Position numbers and translations under genes: made by a program. The notes under the pieces were generated by a model. That model saw only the letters and a list, made by a program, of their open reading frames with translations. It did not search any database and had not been told where the DNA came from. 64,000 bases of DNA from Rhina ancylostomus. Taxonomy: Eukaryota. Position 1 is the stretch's first letter. The number at the start of each line of letters is the position of its first letter. This document shows, in pieces, positions 13,785 to 26,285 of this stretch. The DNA lies in the NCBI GenBank assembly GCA_030265395.1, contig JARFYF010000058.1, forward strand, positions 22,231,915 to 22,295,914, written 5' to 3'.

Positions 13785-13960
13785 CAAAAAATAGAAAGTG
13801 CTGGAAACACTTAATAGGTTGGGAATTATCTGTGGATAGAGAAACAGTTAATGTTTCACATCTGAAGTCTTTCATCAGAACTGGGAAAGAGGGAAAACAA
13901 GTTAGTCTTCATAGCAGAGAAGGTGAGGAAGGATGGGTAGAACAAATTGGAATATCTCAA
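13785..13960 (-). mobile_element. Penelope-like terminal repeat fragment with hammerhead-like core
   Basis: gaaagtgctggaaacact...tctgtggatagagaaacagttaatgtttc. Minus strand reads CTGATGA-N14-GAAAC (13878-13853). Confidence 0.55.
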
Positions 13961-14229
13961 AAAGAATGAAACCAAATGACAGTCAGAGGCAGATTATGCT
14001 TCTTTGTCTCTGTTATGTGCTGTTAATGGTAGGGCTGTGGGACATTCCCATCAAGTTGGATTACGCGAACAGAAAGAGGAAACCGGAACAAAATGATGAC
14101 AGGAAGTAATAGACAGTTTTGGTATGGGCAGAAAGAAGGAATAAGTCCCCTAAAGTTGGAGAATTTAACGTTTGCTACAAGGAGTTGCTAAAACTATAGA
14201 GGTGTGTAACCATGGAGCAATTTGAAAAC

Positions 14230-14600
14230 AATGGGAAGAACTTCCACATTGAGGTATGGTCGAGCAAGGCTGGAAGTAGAGAGGAGAGGATTGGGAGGAA
14301 TGGGTAAACAGCTCACATGCAACAGAACTTCATTTGAGCTCAGGTCTGGGAGCCTGCAAGATGAGAAGATATTCAGAGAGCGTTAGGACAGTTGAGCTAG
14401 AGGAACCAAAGGGATGGATGATGGAATTAGCAAGAAATGCATTGAAATAGGAGCAAGACTGGGAATGGTGATGAAAATAAGTTCATTGGTAGCAGAGAGG
14501 AATGGAGTCAGAAGTCAGTCAGGATAAAATAGAGCTCCAAGTTCACACATAATCTTGTTCAGCCTCAGCTAACGACAAGGAAAAGGAATGGCCTAGGTAT
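14230..14600 (-). mobile_element. Highly decayed L2-like LINE fragment
   Basis: Purine-rich stretch resembling antisense L2 ORF2 3' region. No intact ORF. Confidence 0.35.
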
Positions 14601-15460
14601 AAGGTATTTGGTTTTAGTAATTTTGGATGTGTAGTACATGACCAGAAGTTCTCTCCATTGTTGATACAAATATTTCAATGTAGTACTGGACTGAACCAGT
14701 TTCCCTGTCTGGATGTAAGTTACAGTAAGGATGCTGTCACTCCCTGAATACTTTTTACTTCATTTATTTATTAAAGTATGCATGTAGTTAATTTTAGTCT
14801 AATATTCAACATGGTAGAGAGACAGAAATACTGAGAAAGGAGGGATCTAATGAACAGTAGAATGACTGAATTTTATGGTTCATTGTCCCAAATGTACATT
14901 TCAAGGAAATTTATGCTTGTTCAACATTGAATGTTGGACATAGAGCATGACAATTAAGAGCTAACAGTGGGATCAAAGGAGTTCATAGCAATATTGAGTT
15001 GTCTGTCATAATATGTCTGATTTTTTTTAGACTTTAATTGTAAGAATAACAAAGAATAATGTACATTTCATGTTTACCCACTGGAGGGATCTGGAAACTA
15101 TGAATGAAGATTTGAGAGTTGGGCTCTGCTATTTGATGAGAGCAAACTACAGAATCCAAAAGTGTTTATTTTGAAAATTCCATACTGTTAGCATACTTGT
15201 AAACCCAGAAGCTGGTTAGTTGAGATTGTTTCCAAATACACTTCACTGTGATGGGGCAGCAGGTGTGGATCCACATGTTCTGTAGAGGGATCTTTAGAAG
15301 GGAAACAAACAGTTTCTAATGCAGGCGCCATGAATTTCCATTGGCTTCCTTTAGTGCAATCAAAGTGGAATCATCTGAATTGGCTCAAATGAGTTTGGGG
15401 AATCTCAAACAAATGCTGGAGTCACAATCAAAAGCTAGGCTGATTGCACTTCTCAATTTT

Positions 15461-15702
15461 AGGGGCAGTGCAGTGACACAGCTAACTGAGCTGCTGCCTC
15501 ATGGCTCCAGTGACTTAGGTTCAATCCTGACCTCAGGCGCTGTCCATGTGGAAGTTGCAGATTGTCCTCCCAGCTCTGAAAGATAAGTGGGTTGCAAGGT
15601 TAATTGCCACTGTAAATTGCCCATTACATGTACATGGGTAGTTAGGTCTGGGAGGAATTGATGGGAATTTAAGAAAAGGAATCAGTGTAAATAGTGCTTG
15701 AT
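15461..15702 (+). mobile_element. V-SINE (HE1-like)
   Basis: ggggcagtgcagtgacacagcta...ggttcaatcctgacctcaggcgctgtc...ttaattgccactgtaaattgccc. Confidence 0.8.
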
Positions 15703-15704
15703 AT

Positions 15705-16122
15705 CATAGAACACAGAACATTACAGCGCAGTACAGGCCCTTCGGCCCACAATGTTGTGCCGACATTTTATCCTGCTCTAAGATCTATCTAACCCTTCCC
15801 TCCCNNNNNNNNNNNNNNNNNNNNNNNNNNNNNNNNNNNNNNNNNNNNNNNNNNNNNNNNNNNNNNNNNNNNNNNNNNNNNNNNNNNNNNNNNNNNNNNN
15901 NNNNNNNTTCATGTGTCTATCTAAGAGTCCCTTAAATGTCCCTAATGTATGTACCCCCACAACCTCTGCCAGCAGTGCGTTCCACGCACCCACCACCCTC
16001 TGTGTAAAAAACTGACCCCTTACATCCCCCTTATATCTTCCTCCAATCACCTTAAAATGACATCCCCTTGTGTTAGCCATTGTTACCCTGGGGAAAAGTC
16101 TCTGACTGTCCTCTTGATCTAT
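15705..16122 (-). mobile_element. CR1 3' end, relatively young (contains gap)
   Basis: ORF NTRGCHFKVIGGRYKGDVRGQFFTQRVVGAWNALLAEVV, with tail catagaacacagaaca. Confidence 0.9.
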
Positions 16123-17346
16123 GAATTCTTTGCACTAGTTCAGGATTCCACTTGCCCTTTCTCAAAACTGGTTACACTTCCCCTGTCTCACCCCACCCTC
16201 AACCCCAGCGATGGGGTAGAACTTTAGCCCCAGCATCAGTAATGAGGTGGATGCGTAGGCCTAGCATCAGTAACAGGGCAGATCTCAGTCCTGGTTTTCA
16301 GAGCTGGTGTGGGCCTAGGCTAGCAGTAGAAACCCTGCCACTGCTGGCTGCAGATATCCCAGCCCAGTGAAACCTTCACGGAGATCAACAGGGTTTTACA
16401 AACTCAACAGGCTTTCTACCTCCCTGGGCCTAAAATCTGCTTGCAGAACCTGTTCCAGGTTAAGCACAGTTTAAGCACAAAAATTCCCATTCAAATTAAT
16501 GGGAGAAATTGGTTCCTGCGTAAAAGGTAAGTTTTCGTTATTATTAGTTTGTTGGTTCCAGTGTTTTTAATTGATTTTTAGTGTGAATGTGTATTTTGTT
16601 GCTGTAAATGTGAAGGAAATATTTTCACTTTATAATTTTTTTAACAGGTCCTAAGTGCTCCTTAATNNNNNNNNNNNNNNNNNNNNNNNNNNNNNNNNNN
16701 NNNNNNNNNNNNNNNNNNNNNNNNNNNNNNNNNNNNNNNNNNNNNNNNNNNNNNNNNNNNNNNNNNNNNNNNNNNNNNNNNNNNNNNNNNNNNNNNNNNN
16801 NNNNNNNNNNNNNNNNNNNNNNNNNNNNNNNNNNNNNNNNNNNNNNNNNNNNNNNNNNNNNNNNNNNNNNNNNNNNNNNNNNNNNNNNNNNNNNNNNNNN
16901 NNNNNNNNNNNNNNNNNNNNNNNNNNNNNNNNNNNNNNNNNNNNNNNNNNNNNNNNNNNNNNNNNNNNNNNNNNNNNNNNNNNNNNNNNNNNNNNNNNNN
17001 NNNNNNNNNNNNNNNNNNNNNNNNNNNNNNNNNNNNNNNNNNNNNNNNNNNNNNNNNNNNNNNNNNNNNNNNNNNNNNNNNNNNNNNNNNNNNNNNNNNN
17101 NNNNNNNNNNNNNNNNNNNNNNNNNNNNNNNNNNNNNNNNNNNNNNNNNNNNNNNNNNNNNNNNNNNNNNNNNNNNNNNNNNNNNNNNNNNNNNNNNNNN
17201 NNNNNNNNNNNNNNNNNNNNNNNNNNNNNNNNNNNNNNNNNNNNNNNNNNNNNNNNNNNNNNNNNNNNNNNNNNNNNNNNNNNNNNNNNNNNNNNNNNNN
17301 NNNNNNNNNNNNNNNNNNNNNNNNNNNNNNNNNNNNNNNNNNNNNN

Positions 17347-17440
17347 ACAAACAATCTGCTGGAGGAACTCAGTGGGTTGAGCAGCATCTGTGGGAGGAAA
17401 GGAATTGTTGACATTTTGGGTCAAAGCCCTGCATCAGGCT
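17347..17440 (-). mobile_element. Penelope-like terminal repeat fragment
   Basis: tgctggaggaactcagtgggttgagcagcatctgtgg. Minus strand reads CTGATGCAGGGCTTTGACCCAAAATGTC (degenerate hammerhead-like core). Confidence 0.55.
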
Positions 17441-18371
17441 TTATTGGAGTTAAGGTCCTGGAGGTGAGAGGTCAAGTTTCCAATATTCATCCCTTGTCCA
17501 TATTTTGGTTGGAATTCTTGTGGAGAAAGATGTGAAGAAGAAGAAAATAACTACTGTTATTGCAAAATAACTGGAATATAAACAACAGATTTCATTCACC
17601 AGTTTTATTGATGCCATGTGGTCAATGTACAGAGGTTCTCTGGGAGTATTTGAGCAGTTCTGAGGGCTAAGCCACTGCAGCTGTTTGACCACATGAGAGC
17701 AGAATGGAAAGGAATCTGTTTAATATACAACCTCACCCAGTCAAGCAACAAATCAAGAAGATATTAAATCACCATTGGGTAGTTATCGGGAATACAATTA
17801 TTTTCAGATGCATTTGTTAAACCCACATCTTGTTTTGAGTTATTCAGGGTCTTATTTTGCAATCAGGCATATTTCAGGCAGACAATATACAGTAGTTAAA
17901 ATATATGGTCCAGCAATTAGTGAGAATGCACTTACATAGATCTCCTTTCAATATTTACCTAAACTCCGTAAATAAAAGTCTGACAGGAAACAAATCAGAG
18001 GACATTGCTTGCTGAATGAGAAGTAGACTGGAGAAAGAACCTCCTTCCAATGGTAAAAATTATTCTTTCAGGGTGGTCTGCATTGTTCACTAAATGGAAT
18101 GAAAAACAAATAATGTGACAGCTAGAATGGCAGTAGTTTATAGTGAGGCCTGTTTTTTAATGGTTGGGTTTTTTTTCCCTCTGTCTTTGAAATCTGTGTG
18201 GTTGTGTTTGCAAGACAGGAACAAAATATTCAGATCAGACTATTCTTAGAGATGTCTTAATTAATTTTCCTGTATTTTGGCCAAATGTTTACTGCATTTT
18301 CACTGAATGTGCGTGGGATGTAACACACATATCAGAAGCAAAGCAGCAAAATTCTTTGTGAATGCAGGATA

Positions 18372-18710
18372 GAGTGGGACAGTTGGTGGGACCTCTGCTT
18401 CACAGCCCCAGGGACTTGTGTTCAATCCTGACCTCCCATGCTGTGCAAAGTTTGCACATTGTCCCTGTGACCATGTGGGCATATCTGGGTGTTCCACTTT
18501 CCTCTTACATCCCAAAGATGTGCTAGTTGATAGGTAGATTGACCACTGTAAATTGCCTCTAGTGTGTAAGTGAGTAGTAGAATCTGGGCAGAGTTAATGG
18601 GAATGTGGGGAGAATAAAATGGGATTAGTGTAAGATTAATGTAGATGGGTACTTGATGCTTGGCACAGATTTGGTGGGTCAGAGCGTGTGTTTCCATCCT
18701 CAATGACTCA
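18372..18710 (+). mobile_element. V-SINE (HE1-like), near full length
   Basis: gttcaatcctgacctcc B-box, V-domain aagtttgcacattgtccctgtgaccatgtggg, and CR1-like tail gtttccatcctcaatgactc. Confidence 0.82.
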
Positions 18711-19149
18711 GTGTTGACATGACATTGTCTGATGCTGCAAACAAGTATGTTATAAATTCCTACAACTTTTAACAGTATTTTTAGTGAAATCTGCTCTGAA
18801 TAGATGAATTAATGTTTTAGTAAAATTATAAACTTTGAATGTAAGAATATAGAATCAGGAAGAAAGACTTATAGCCCATCTTACCAATGCTGACTCTGCA
18901 CCAGCAATCCATTCAGTCTCTATTTCCCAAAGCCNNNNNNNNNNNNNNNNNNNNNNNNNNNNNNNNNNNNNNNNNNNNNNNNNNNNNNNNNNNNNNNNNN
19001 NNNNNNNNNNNNNNNNNNNNNNNNNNNNNNNNNNNNNNNNNNNNNNNNNNNNNNNNNNNNNNNNNNNNNNNNNNNNNNNNNNNNNNNNNNNNNNNNNNNN
19101 NNNNNNNNNNNNNNNNNNNNNNNNNNNNNNNNNNNNNNNNNNNNNNNNN

Positions 19150-19295
19150 GATCAAGGTCAAAGTCGACTGTATTGTCATATGCAGAAGTATATGTATGCA
19201 CAGGTGCAATGAAAAACTTGCAGCAGCATCACAGACACATAGTGTCATACAAGCAGCATTCACAAGAAAAACATAAACATAAATTGTACACGATT
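19150..19295 (-). mobile_element. Rex1/Babar-like LINE 3' tail
   Basis: aggtcaaagtcgactgtattgtcatatgca...gcacaggtgcaatgaaaaac; close sister copy at 31665-31826. Confidence 0.6.
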
Positions 19296-20464
19296 TATCT
19301 TTAACCTCCTCCCCCACCCCCATCTTCTCCAGTCTCTCTAAGTGACTGAAATCTGCAGTCCAAGTAAAATCCAAGTAAATCTCTTCTGCATCCTTCCTAA
19401 GATTTGGAAATCCTTTTGAAGTACCTGGGCATTCTACTATGCCTGAATCAACCAATAAGATCTAAACATTTACTGTCAGTGTAGTGCTTTTGAACCAATT
19501 ATTTTATTCTTGGTCCTATGCATAAAAGATTTATTTTTCCAATATAAATTTGCACCATGATGGTCAAGGATTAAACTGGACACCATAGAATCTGTTTTTT
19601 AAGTCAACCCTAATTGCCTTGGAATGACTGCATATTGGACCATCTCAGGAGACATTTAAGAATAATGGTAGTCTTGAAGCTACATATAGACCAGACTGGG
19701 TTCAGATGGTGGATTTCTTTCCCTGAAAGACTTCAGAGAAACAGAAGTAACTTTTGACAATTCATTCTGTCAACCACTGCTGCTCCAACACTCCAAGGTG
19801 CAACATCTACAAAATGTTCTGCTGTCTCTTCAGCAGTGTCTGCTGAACATATATCTCCACCACCTTTAAGAGCAAATCCACAGGTACATAGATCCATGTC
19901 CAAGTTACATAGTATGCTGACACGGAAATAAAATATATCCTATCAAAACTAGGGTTGAGACAAATTCCTGCAAGAGTTAAAGGCCATTCATTCCAAAGAT
20001 ATCTAAGCTGCATACTCAGTATCCAGGGCATATTTTTCCATTGGCAAATGTCACAAGAAGATAGTCACAATGTATTGATCTTACAAGACCTTTTTGGGCA
20101 CAAGAAGTGTCTGAAGATGCAAAGAAGGCTCAGTGCTCAGTGTGAGCAGTGTGCAGAGTAAGCCAAGAGCTTATGAAGTGGATTGCAGCAGTCTGACACT
20201 GAATGCAGGTTTAGTGTTACCAAAACCAGCTCTGAGTGATCAGCAGCTATTCAGAACAGTATGGTTGAAACCCTCAATGGTGACAAGTTTTGGAGTGTTG
20301 CATTACTGTTGATGTCATTTGTGTCAGGTTGAAAGCAGAAATGCAGTGCTAGTGAGTGCAAAGTGCCTTAAAATGAGTATGTGACTAGTGACCAACACTG
20401 ACAACTCGACAAGTTGTTTCACTCTGAGTTAATGCAACTTTCAGCTTCACTGTGTTTTTAATGT

Positions 20465-21062
20465 TGTTCCCCATCACCTTCTGTGTGAAAAACTTGCCCC
20501 TCAGATCTCCCTTAAATATTTCCCCTCACACCTTAAACCAAGGCCCTCTAATTTTAAACTCCCTTACCCTTGGGGAAAGATTGTGATTTTCTCACCTATA
20601 TATGCTTCTTCATAATTTTATAAACCTTTGTAAGGTCATCCCCTCAGCCTCTTGCACTCACTCCACTGAGAACAATCCCAGCCTATCCAATCTCTCCTGG
20701 TAACTTAAGCCCTCCATTCCAGGCAATATTCTTCAGAATCTTTCCTGCACTTTTTCTAGCATGACCACATCCTTTCTATAGTGTGGTGACCAGAACTGCA
20801 CAAAATATTCCAAGAGTGGCCTTACCAATCTCTTGGACAGCTACAACATGATGTCCTAACTCTTATACCAAATGCCTTTAATACTCCAGGCACCTGTGTT
20901 GTCATTTTTAGGGAGTTATGAACTTGCACCCCAAGATCCCAATGTTCATCAATACTTCTAAGGTTCCTGCCATATACTCAATATGTCTGGCCAGTATTAG
21001 ACGACCCAAACTGAATTACCTCACACTTGTCTGGATTAAGTTCCATTTGCCACCACTCCACT
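20465..21062 (-). mobile_element. CR1 3' fragment
   Basis: Antisense of RT C-terminus: gtgaaaaacttgcccctcagatctccc, ccctcagcctc, ggtgaccagaactgcacaaaatattccaag. Confidence 0.85.
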
Positions 21063-21414
21063 CATTGAGAAAACAAACCATGTAATTATATGGATTTCTG
21101 TAAAAATCCAAGAACTATTTTTCTGAGTGACTGCTTCCAGTCTGTGAATTGTGTCTGTATATATTAGAAACATTAACTCAGGGAATTTTCTTATTTTATT
21201 CATTTTTCATGATTTTGAAATGACAGCATTTCTTTTCCATCCCTAATTGCCCTTGTGAAGGTGGCAGTGAACCATGCTTTTGAACCACTGCAGTTATCAC
21301 CGCAGTTATGATACAACTGAATGGGTCTGGAGTCACATATAAGCCAGACAAAGTAAGCCAGCAGATTTCCTCCACTGAAGGACATTAGTGAACAGATGTA
21401 TCTTAGCAATGATC

Positions 21415-22720
21415 TGCCCCAGTCCTTCTCACCCTCCTCATCCCAGTGGCCAAAGAGCTGCTCCATGAATTGCAATGGGGATTCCATCCATCCAGTGGTC
21501 AGGACTTTCATCCACGATGGCTCAAAGAAAAGCGAAGGGAGCAGAATCAACCATTGAATATGATCTTTATTGACATCACTGAAGTCTATAATTCCATCAG
21601 GCAGGAGGGACAGTGGATCATCCTCCTCAAGTCCTCCCCACACAAATTTGTCTCCCTTGCACATTTGCTGAAACATGATACTAAACAAGGGTAAGCAACC
21701 ATGTGCTAGTTACTAGCACTAGTAACTATGGCTAACCACATGCAAGCCATGATACTGAGGATTCTGAAGCACAGACAACCATAGTACAAAGTGGCATCAA
21801 CTAAGGCTGCAGATCTGCCCCAATGCTTCTCTGTCTTTCTTGTTACAATTTTTACATCACTTCCACCAAATTTGCTGTAGGAGTGGAGGTGATCTTCAGT
21901 ACTAAAAAAACTGCTCCATCTATTATAACTACCCTTCAGAGCCAAGGTCACCCAATCTTGAAAAGTTTAGTTGCACTTGGAGGCCAAGCCATTGCCAGTG
22001 CTTTCACTGAAGCATATGAGAGGATGGGCCTTACATTTAATATCCACAAGATAAAGATCTTCTACCAACCTGCTCCCATTGCAATACACTGCCCTCCAAC
22101 AGTAAAGGTTCAGAGTAAGACACTGGAAAACATGAACCACTTCATATATCTCATGAGCCACTCTTGGCCAAGGCAGACATCAATGATTAAGTTCATCATC
22201 ACTTTCAGTGCACCTGTACAGCCTTAGAGCACAAGGATGTTTGAAGATCAAGATCTTAGAATTGACAAAAAAAAAACATAGTCTACTGGACAGCAGTGAT
22301 CTCTACTCTCCTGAGAGGTGCACTACCTACAGCAGGTACCTCAAGGCACTGGAAAAGTGATGTCTCTCCAAAATTAGAAAAGTTAAGCAAATCTCTCCCT
22401 GGCCAACATCCATTTGATGTCCTAATTATGCTTAATGAGCAACAATGGGCCAGCCTTTTCCCTTGCATGCTTGAAACCAGATTCCTGAAATTTCTGCTTG
22501 GTTCCAATCTCCATAATGGGAACAGATGACTAGATAGAAAGAGGGAAAGATTCAGGGACGTGCTCAAGGTTTCCTTGAAGAAATGCAACATCCTCACTGA
22601 CTCCTGGGAATTTCCATAACCACTCAGATTAAAGGAGGAACATTTGGGATGGTATTGAGAACCTGTGGATTCTATGGATTCTGAAGAAGTGAGGAGGAGA
22701 GTAGAAGTAAGTCATCCTTA
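21415..22720 (+). mobile_element. RTE-clade LINE fragment, decayed
   Basis: EKRREQNQPLNMIFIDITEVYNSIRQEGQWIILLK and FTEAYERMGLTFNIHKIKIFYQP motifs, plus ...RFRDVLKVSLKKCNI near 22545-22595, characteristic of RTE RT. Confidence 0.85.
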
Positions 22721-23469
22721 ATCTTAAGGCAGCGGTAGTTGTGGTCACCATTACTAAGACAACTTATTTTGTTTTATTTTCCAGTTTATTTTTAATTGAA
22801 TTTTAAATCCACAGTTGTCATGGTGAACATGAATTGGTATTGCTGGATTGTTGGTCCAGGCTTCTGGATTGCTAACCTGGTAATTTAATCATTGGTCAGA
22901 TATGGAATATCTGGGGTATTAAATAAGAACAGATTTCAGGTTTGACATAGCTGTATCATCATCAGAACAAGAATGCAATCCCAAAATTGAAACAAAACAA
23001 AGTTCAAGAACAGAGGTGTACCACAACTGCAATAATTCTGCAATTTATGCAGTTATGGGATTCATAAATACAATATTACAAGATATCTACTCCCATGTAA
23101 AGCTGCATAGATGTGGCTTTCTTAGTGCTTTAGATATGTTTTTCTATTGTTATTGCTTTAATTTGCAGTGGGCATTCAAACTCATTACCGGCATCTGTGA
23201 AAACCTTATTCATGGGCCATGAATGTTATGGCAGGAGACACTCATGCGTCAACTGGGGATTTTTTTAATGGCATAATCCCAATTCCTATCAGTCTGAACA
23301 AAGAAGTCTCAGAGAAGGGCTGCACTGACAAGAGAAATGGATACCCACCCAATCCTTTTCTTATAAAGGAGGAAGATTTCAACAACTGAGAACAATGAAG
23401 AAAATAATTCAAATGAACAGATATACACCACATCCATTTTTTCACGTCTTTGACAAAAATTCTAGCAAA

Positions 23470-25401
23470 CTTTATAATATCGTTAACTTTATTAATTAGT
23501 AAAAGGCTTGACATTCAGCAATCTAAAAGAAAATTGTACATTTTGACATAACTTTGAATGAAATATTTAACAACTGATGCTCTTAAATTGAGATCATTTG
23601 CAGAAAGAGTACAACCATATTTAGCAGTAAATGTTAATGTGTTTCATACATTACTTTGGTTCCCTGACAGTTGCACACATTTTCAGCTGTCGAGGAACCT
23701 TTAATAGATTGTCGGCACTTAATGGTGTACCTCTCTACCACAGCTGTGGGTCACTAGCATAGGAGACTTCCCCATAAAAAAAAGTATAATGTTCAGCCAA
23801 CAATACAGCCTAAAAACTCAGCATGCAGGAACAGAGAGAACACTTCTTCATCAATAAAGGGTAAAGTTCTCAGTTGGCCAGTGAAACTATAACATAAACT
23901 AGTCAATTCGAAGTGACATGCTCACCACAGATATATCTCTTCAGTCAAATTAATTTCATAGATTTGGATTTCACCTGAGTGCCCAACAATTATTGCCCAT
24001 CCCAAATTGCCCTGAGAAGGGTATGATACAACTGAATGACATGTGAGATGAATTTAGAGGGCATTTTGATATGAGACTGGACCTACTTATGGGTCACCAT
24101 TGTAAGAATGACAGATTTCCTTCCTTAAAAATCTCTCTGAAGACTGGAGTCTCAACTAGGCACGGAAGTTACAATCATTGATTAATGTGTTAGATATCAA
24201 CAGCTGCCTCAAACACACTTAACCATTTTAATCAGCTATTTTTTGTGAAGTCCTATTTTATGGCAATACTTAGTTTTAAAGATTGGAAGAAAACATTTGG
24301 TGAATATTTAAGAATAACTGGTCCAGTAGTTTAAATATTTGAGATCAACAGTGCAGCATTTTTATACTATTTAAAATTAACAACTCAAAAACAGACTTGG
24401 ATCTTACTGAAAAGCAGTGATAGTAGTTGGCTTAGAATCAGGGACAGTCACTAATTCTATATCAAATGCTAATCCTACTAATACTTTCAACAATCCCATT
24501 ACAAATTTATATTCAGAAGTAGTAATTATTTAGAACATGTACATCTTAGTCGAATAGATATTGAGAAAATGATCCAATATATTTCATTTCTTGTATCCCC
24601 AGATGAAACTGAAATTATTTTCACAGACTGGGTGGAGAGTTCTGTGACAGGATGAAACGTGTGGCCCTCTCTTGTCATGGCATCAGACCCCTCCTCCACT
24701 TGTCTTGGTCACAGCCACATGATTTTAAGATGAAGAGTTAAAGATAACAGAGGTTCCTTGTGCTGGTTGAAACTGCAACAAAACTTTCCCTGGCTATTTC
24801 AGTCCCTGATACTTATTATTTATGCCCAGATGAGTGTTAAAAAATCCAAAGTCATGTGGCATTGCCTTTTCCCTAAATTTTCAGGGAATCCACAGTGAAA
24901 AGACACACAAACATCCTGGACCAAGAATTAGCCAGAACATCTCTGGTAGCTTTGGACTATGCTAGAATTAGTTACACAAACACTAGTTTGACACATGCAG
25001 AGAGGACTGCTAACAATGTACAGGACTGTAACATATTTTTCTGTTTAGCTGAGAGTGCTGTAACACAAAGATACAATGTCCATGCTTTGACATTTACACA
25101 CATGTTCCGTTTAGCACTCGGGCTTAACTAAACCTGCCCCATTTCAAAATGTGCACATAATTTTTTTCCTAATGATTACAGAAAAGACAAAATCTGATTT
25201 AATTACATGAAAGCGTTTCTGCTTCTGCAGCACAGTCATTTTGTACAAGAGAGAAGGCAGGACAATACTGGAAGTTATGCATCAGTGCACAGAAGGATGT
25301 TCTTAAGCATTGAACTGAACTCCCTTTTCCTTCAGACGTTCTTTTATATCCAGTCATTCCAAAAGGAACATTCAGGAGAATTAAGGCTGACTGGTTTGCT
25401 C
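23470..25401 (-). other. Probable 3' UTR of the ngfr-family gene
   Basis: Mostly unique AT-rich sequence after the stop codon. A minus-strand AATAAA (plus TTTATT) lies at 23488-23493, about 1.9 kb downstream. The actual 3' end is inferred. Confidence 0.45.
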
Positions 25402-25706
25402 TCACACGACCGACATGGCTGTGGGCTCATTGCTGAGGCTTTCAACGATGTCATCTCTTTTCAGCTTACGTAGAGCAGTGCAAAGCGCATCTGTGGTGGC
25501 GCAGTCCTTGGCTGACCAGTCGGAGAGGAGGGCACGCACTGGGTGTTCATCCTGCTTGAAAGTGTCTATGTGTTCCTCGCTGTAGCCTAACAACCCAGCC
25601 AGGTTGCACCATTCTGACTCCTCCTCACAAGTGTTCAGCAGCTGCTCCACCTCCTCCTGCTTGTGTGGAGGTAGGGTGTTGTAGAGGCTTGGCTCCACCC
25701 GTGTAG
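25402..25706 (-). CDS. ngfr: p75NTR/NGFR-family terminal coding exon: death domain + C-terminal PDZ-binding motif (equivalent to exon 6)
   Basis: Acceptor ctcccttctgttttcag|CTACACGG, phase 1. Encodes (A)TRVEPSLYNTLPPHKQEEVEQLL...WCNLAGLLGYSEEHIDTF...PVRALLSDWSAKDCATTDALCTALRKLKRDDIVESLSNEPTAMSVV*, which aligns with the p75 death domain. The three exons (202+167+305 nt) are frame-consistent. Confidence 0.96.
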
Positions 25707-26079
25707 CTGAAAACAGAAGGGAGAAACACCAATAAATAACATTACAGTGACAAGGAAAATTGTCTTAGTACATCCTTCCACATGAATTCAAGCAAGTCCA
25801 GTTGTTTCTCATTAGATGTGTTTGATTGATGGCCAGGAGAAGGGTGCAGGCAATACCAAACCACATGAATGCAGACTTGAATGTGTGGCTCCACTCTTGA
25901 CTGCTGGTGATTATAGTTGGAGAATGGCCAACAGGAGTTACAATGCAGCACACATTAGATAGAAGACATAGCATTTGCACAGTTGTAGTGATATGATGGT
26001 GTTCGCCAATAATTTAGAGGTAGAATCATTCTTTCCAAAATATTCAACCCAGGACATTCCCAAGTCTGTGATCTTGAGC

Positions 26080-26285
26080 TTACCCCTGTCTGACCAACAC
26101 TGGAGTCACTTATCTGACATATTTCCTTTGTCCTATCCATCACTCTCCAATTCTCCCTGCAACTTAAAACTAGCTTGTTTTTTATTCTGAGAAAGGGTCC
26201 TTGACCTGAAACATTAATTCTGTTTCTCTAACACAGACGCTGACCTGACCTGCTGAGGGTTTCCAGCATTTTTTGGTTTTGTTAT
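26080..26285 (+). mobile_element. Penelope-like terminal repeat fragment
   Basis: ctgagaaagggtccttgacctgaaacattaattctgtttctct...acagacgctgacctgacctgctgagggtttccagcatttt; same family as 45014-45184. Confidence 0.55.

Noticed and set aside
16625-17424. Long ORFs of 240+ aa here and at 31732-32547, 5398-5965 and similar
   Set aside because: They consist of X residues from N runs and are not coding evidence.
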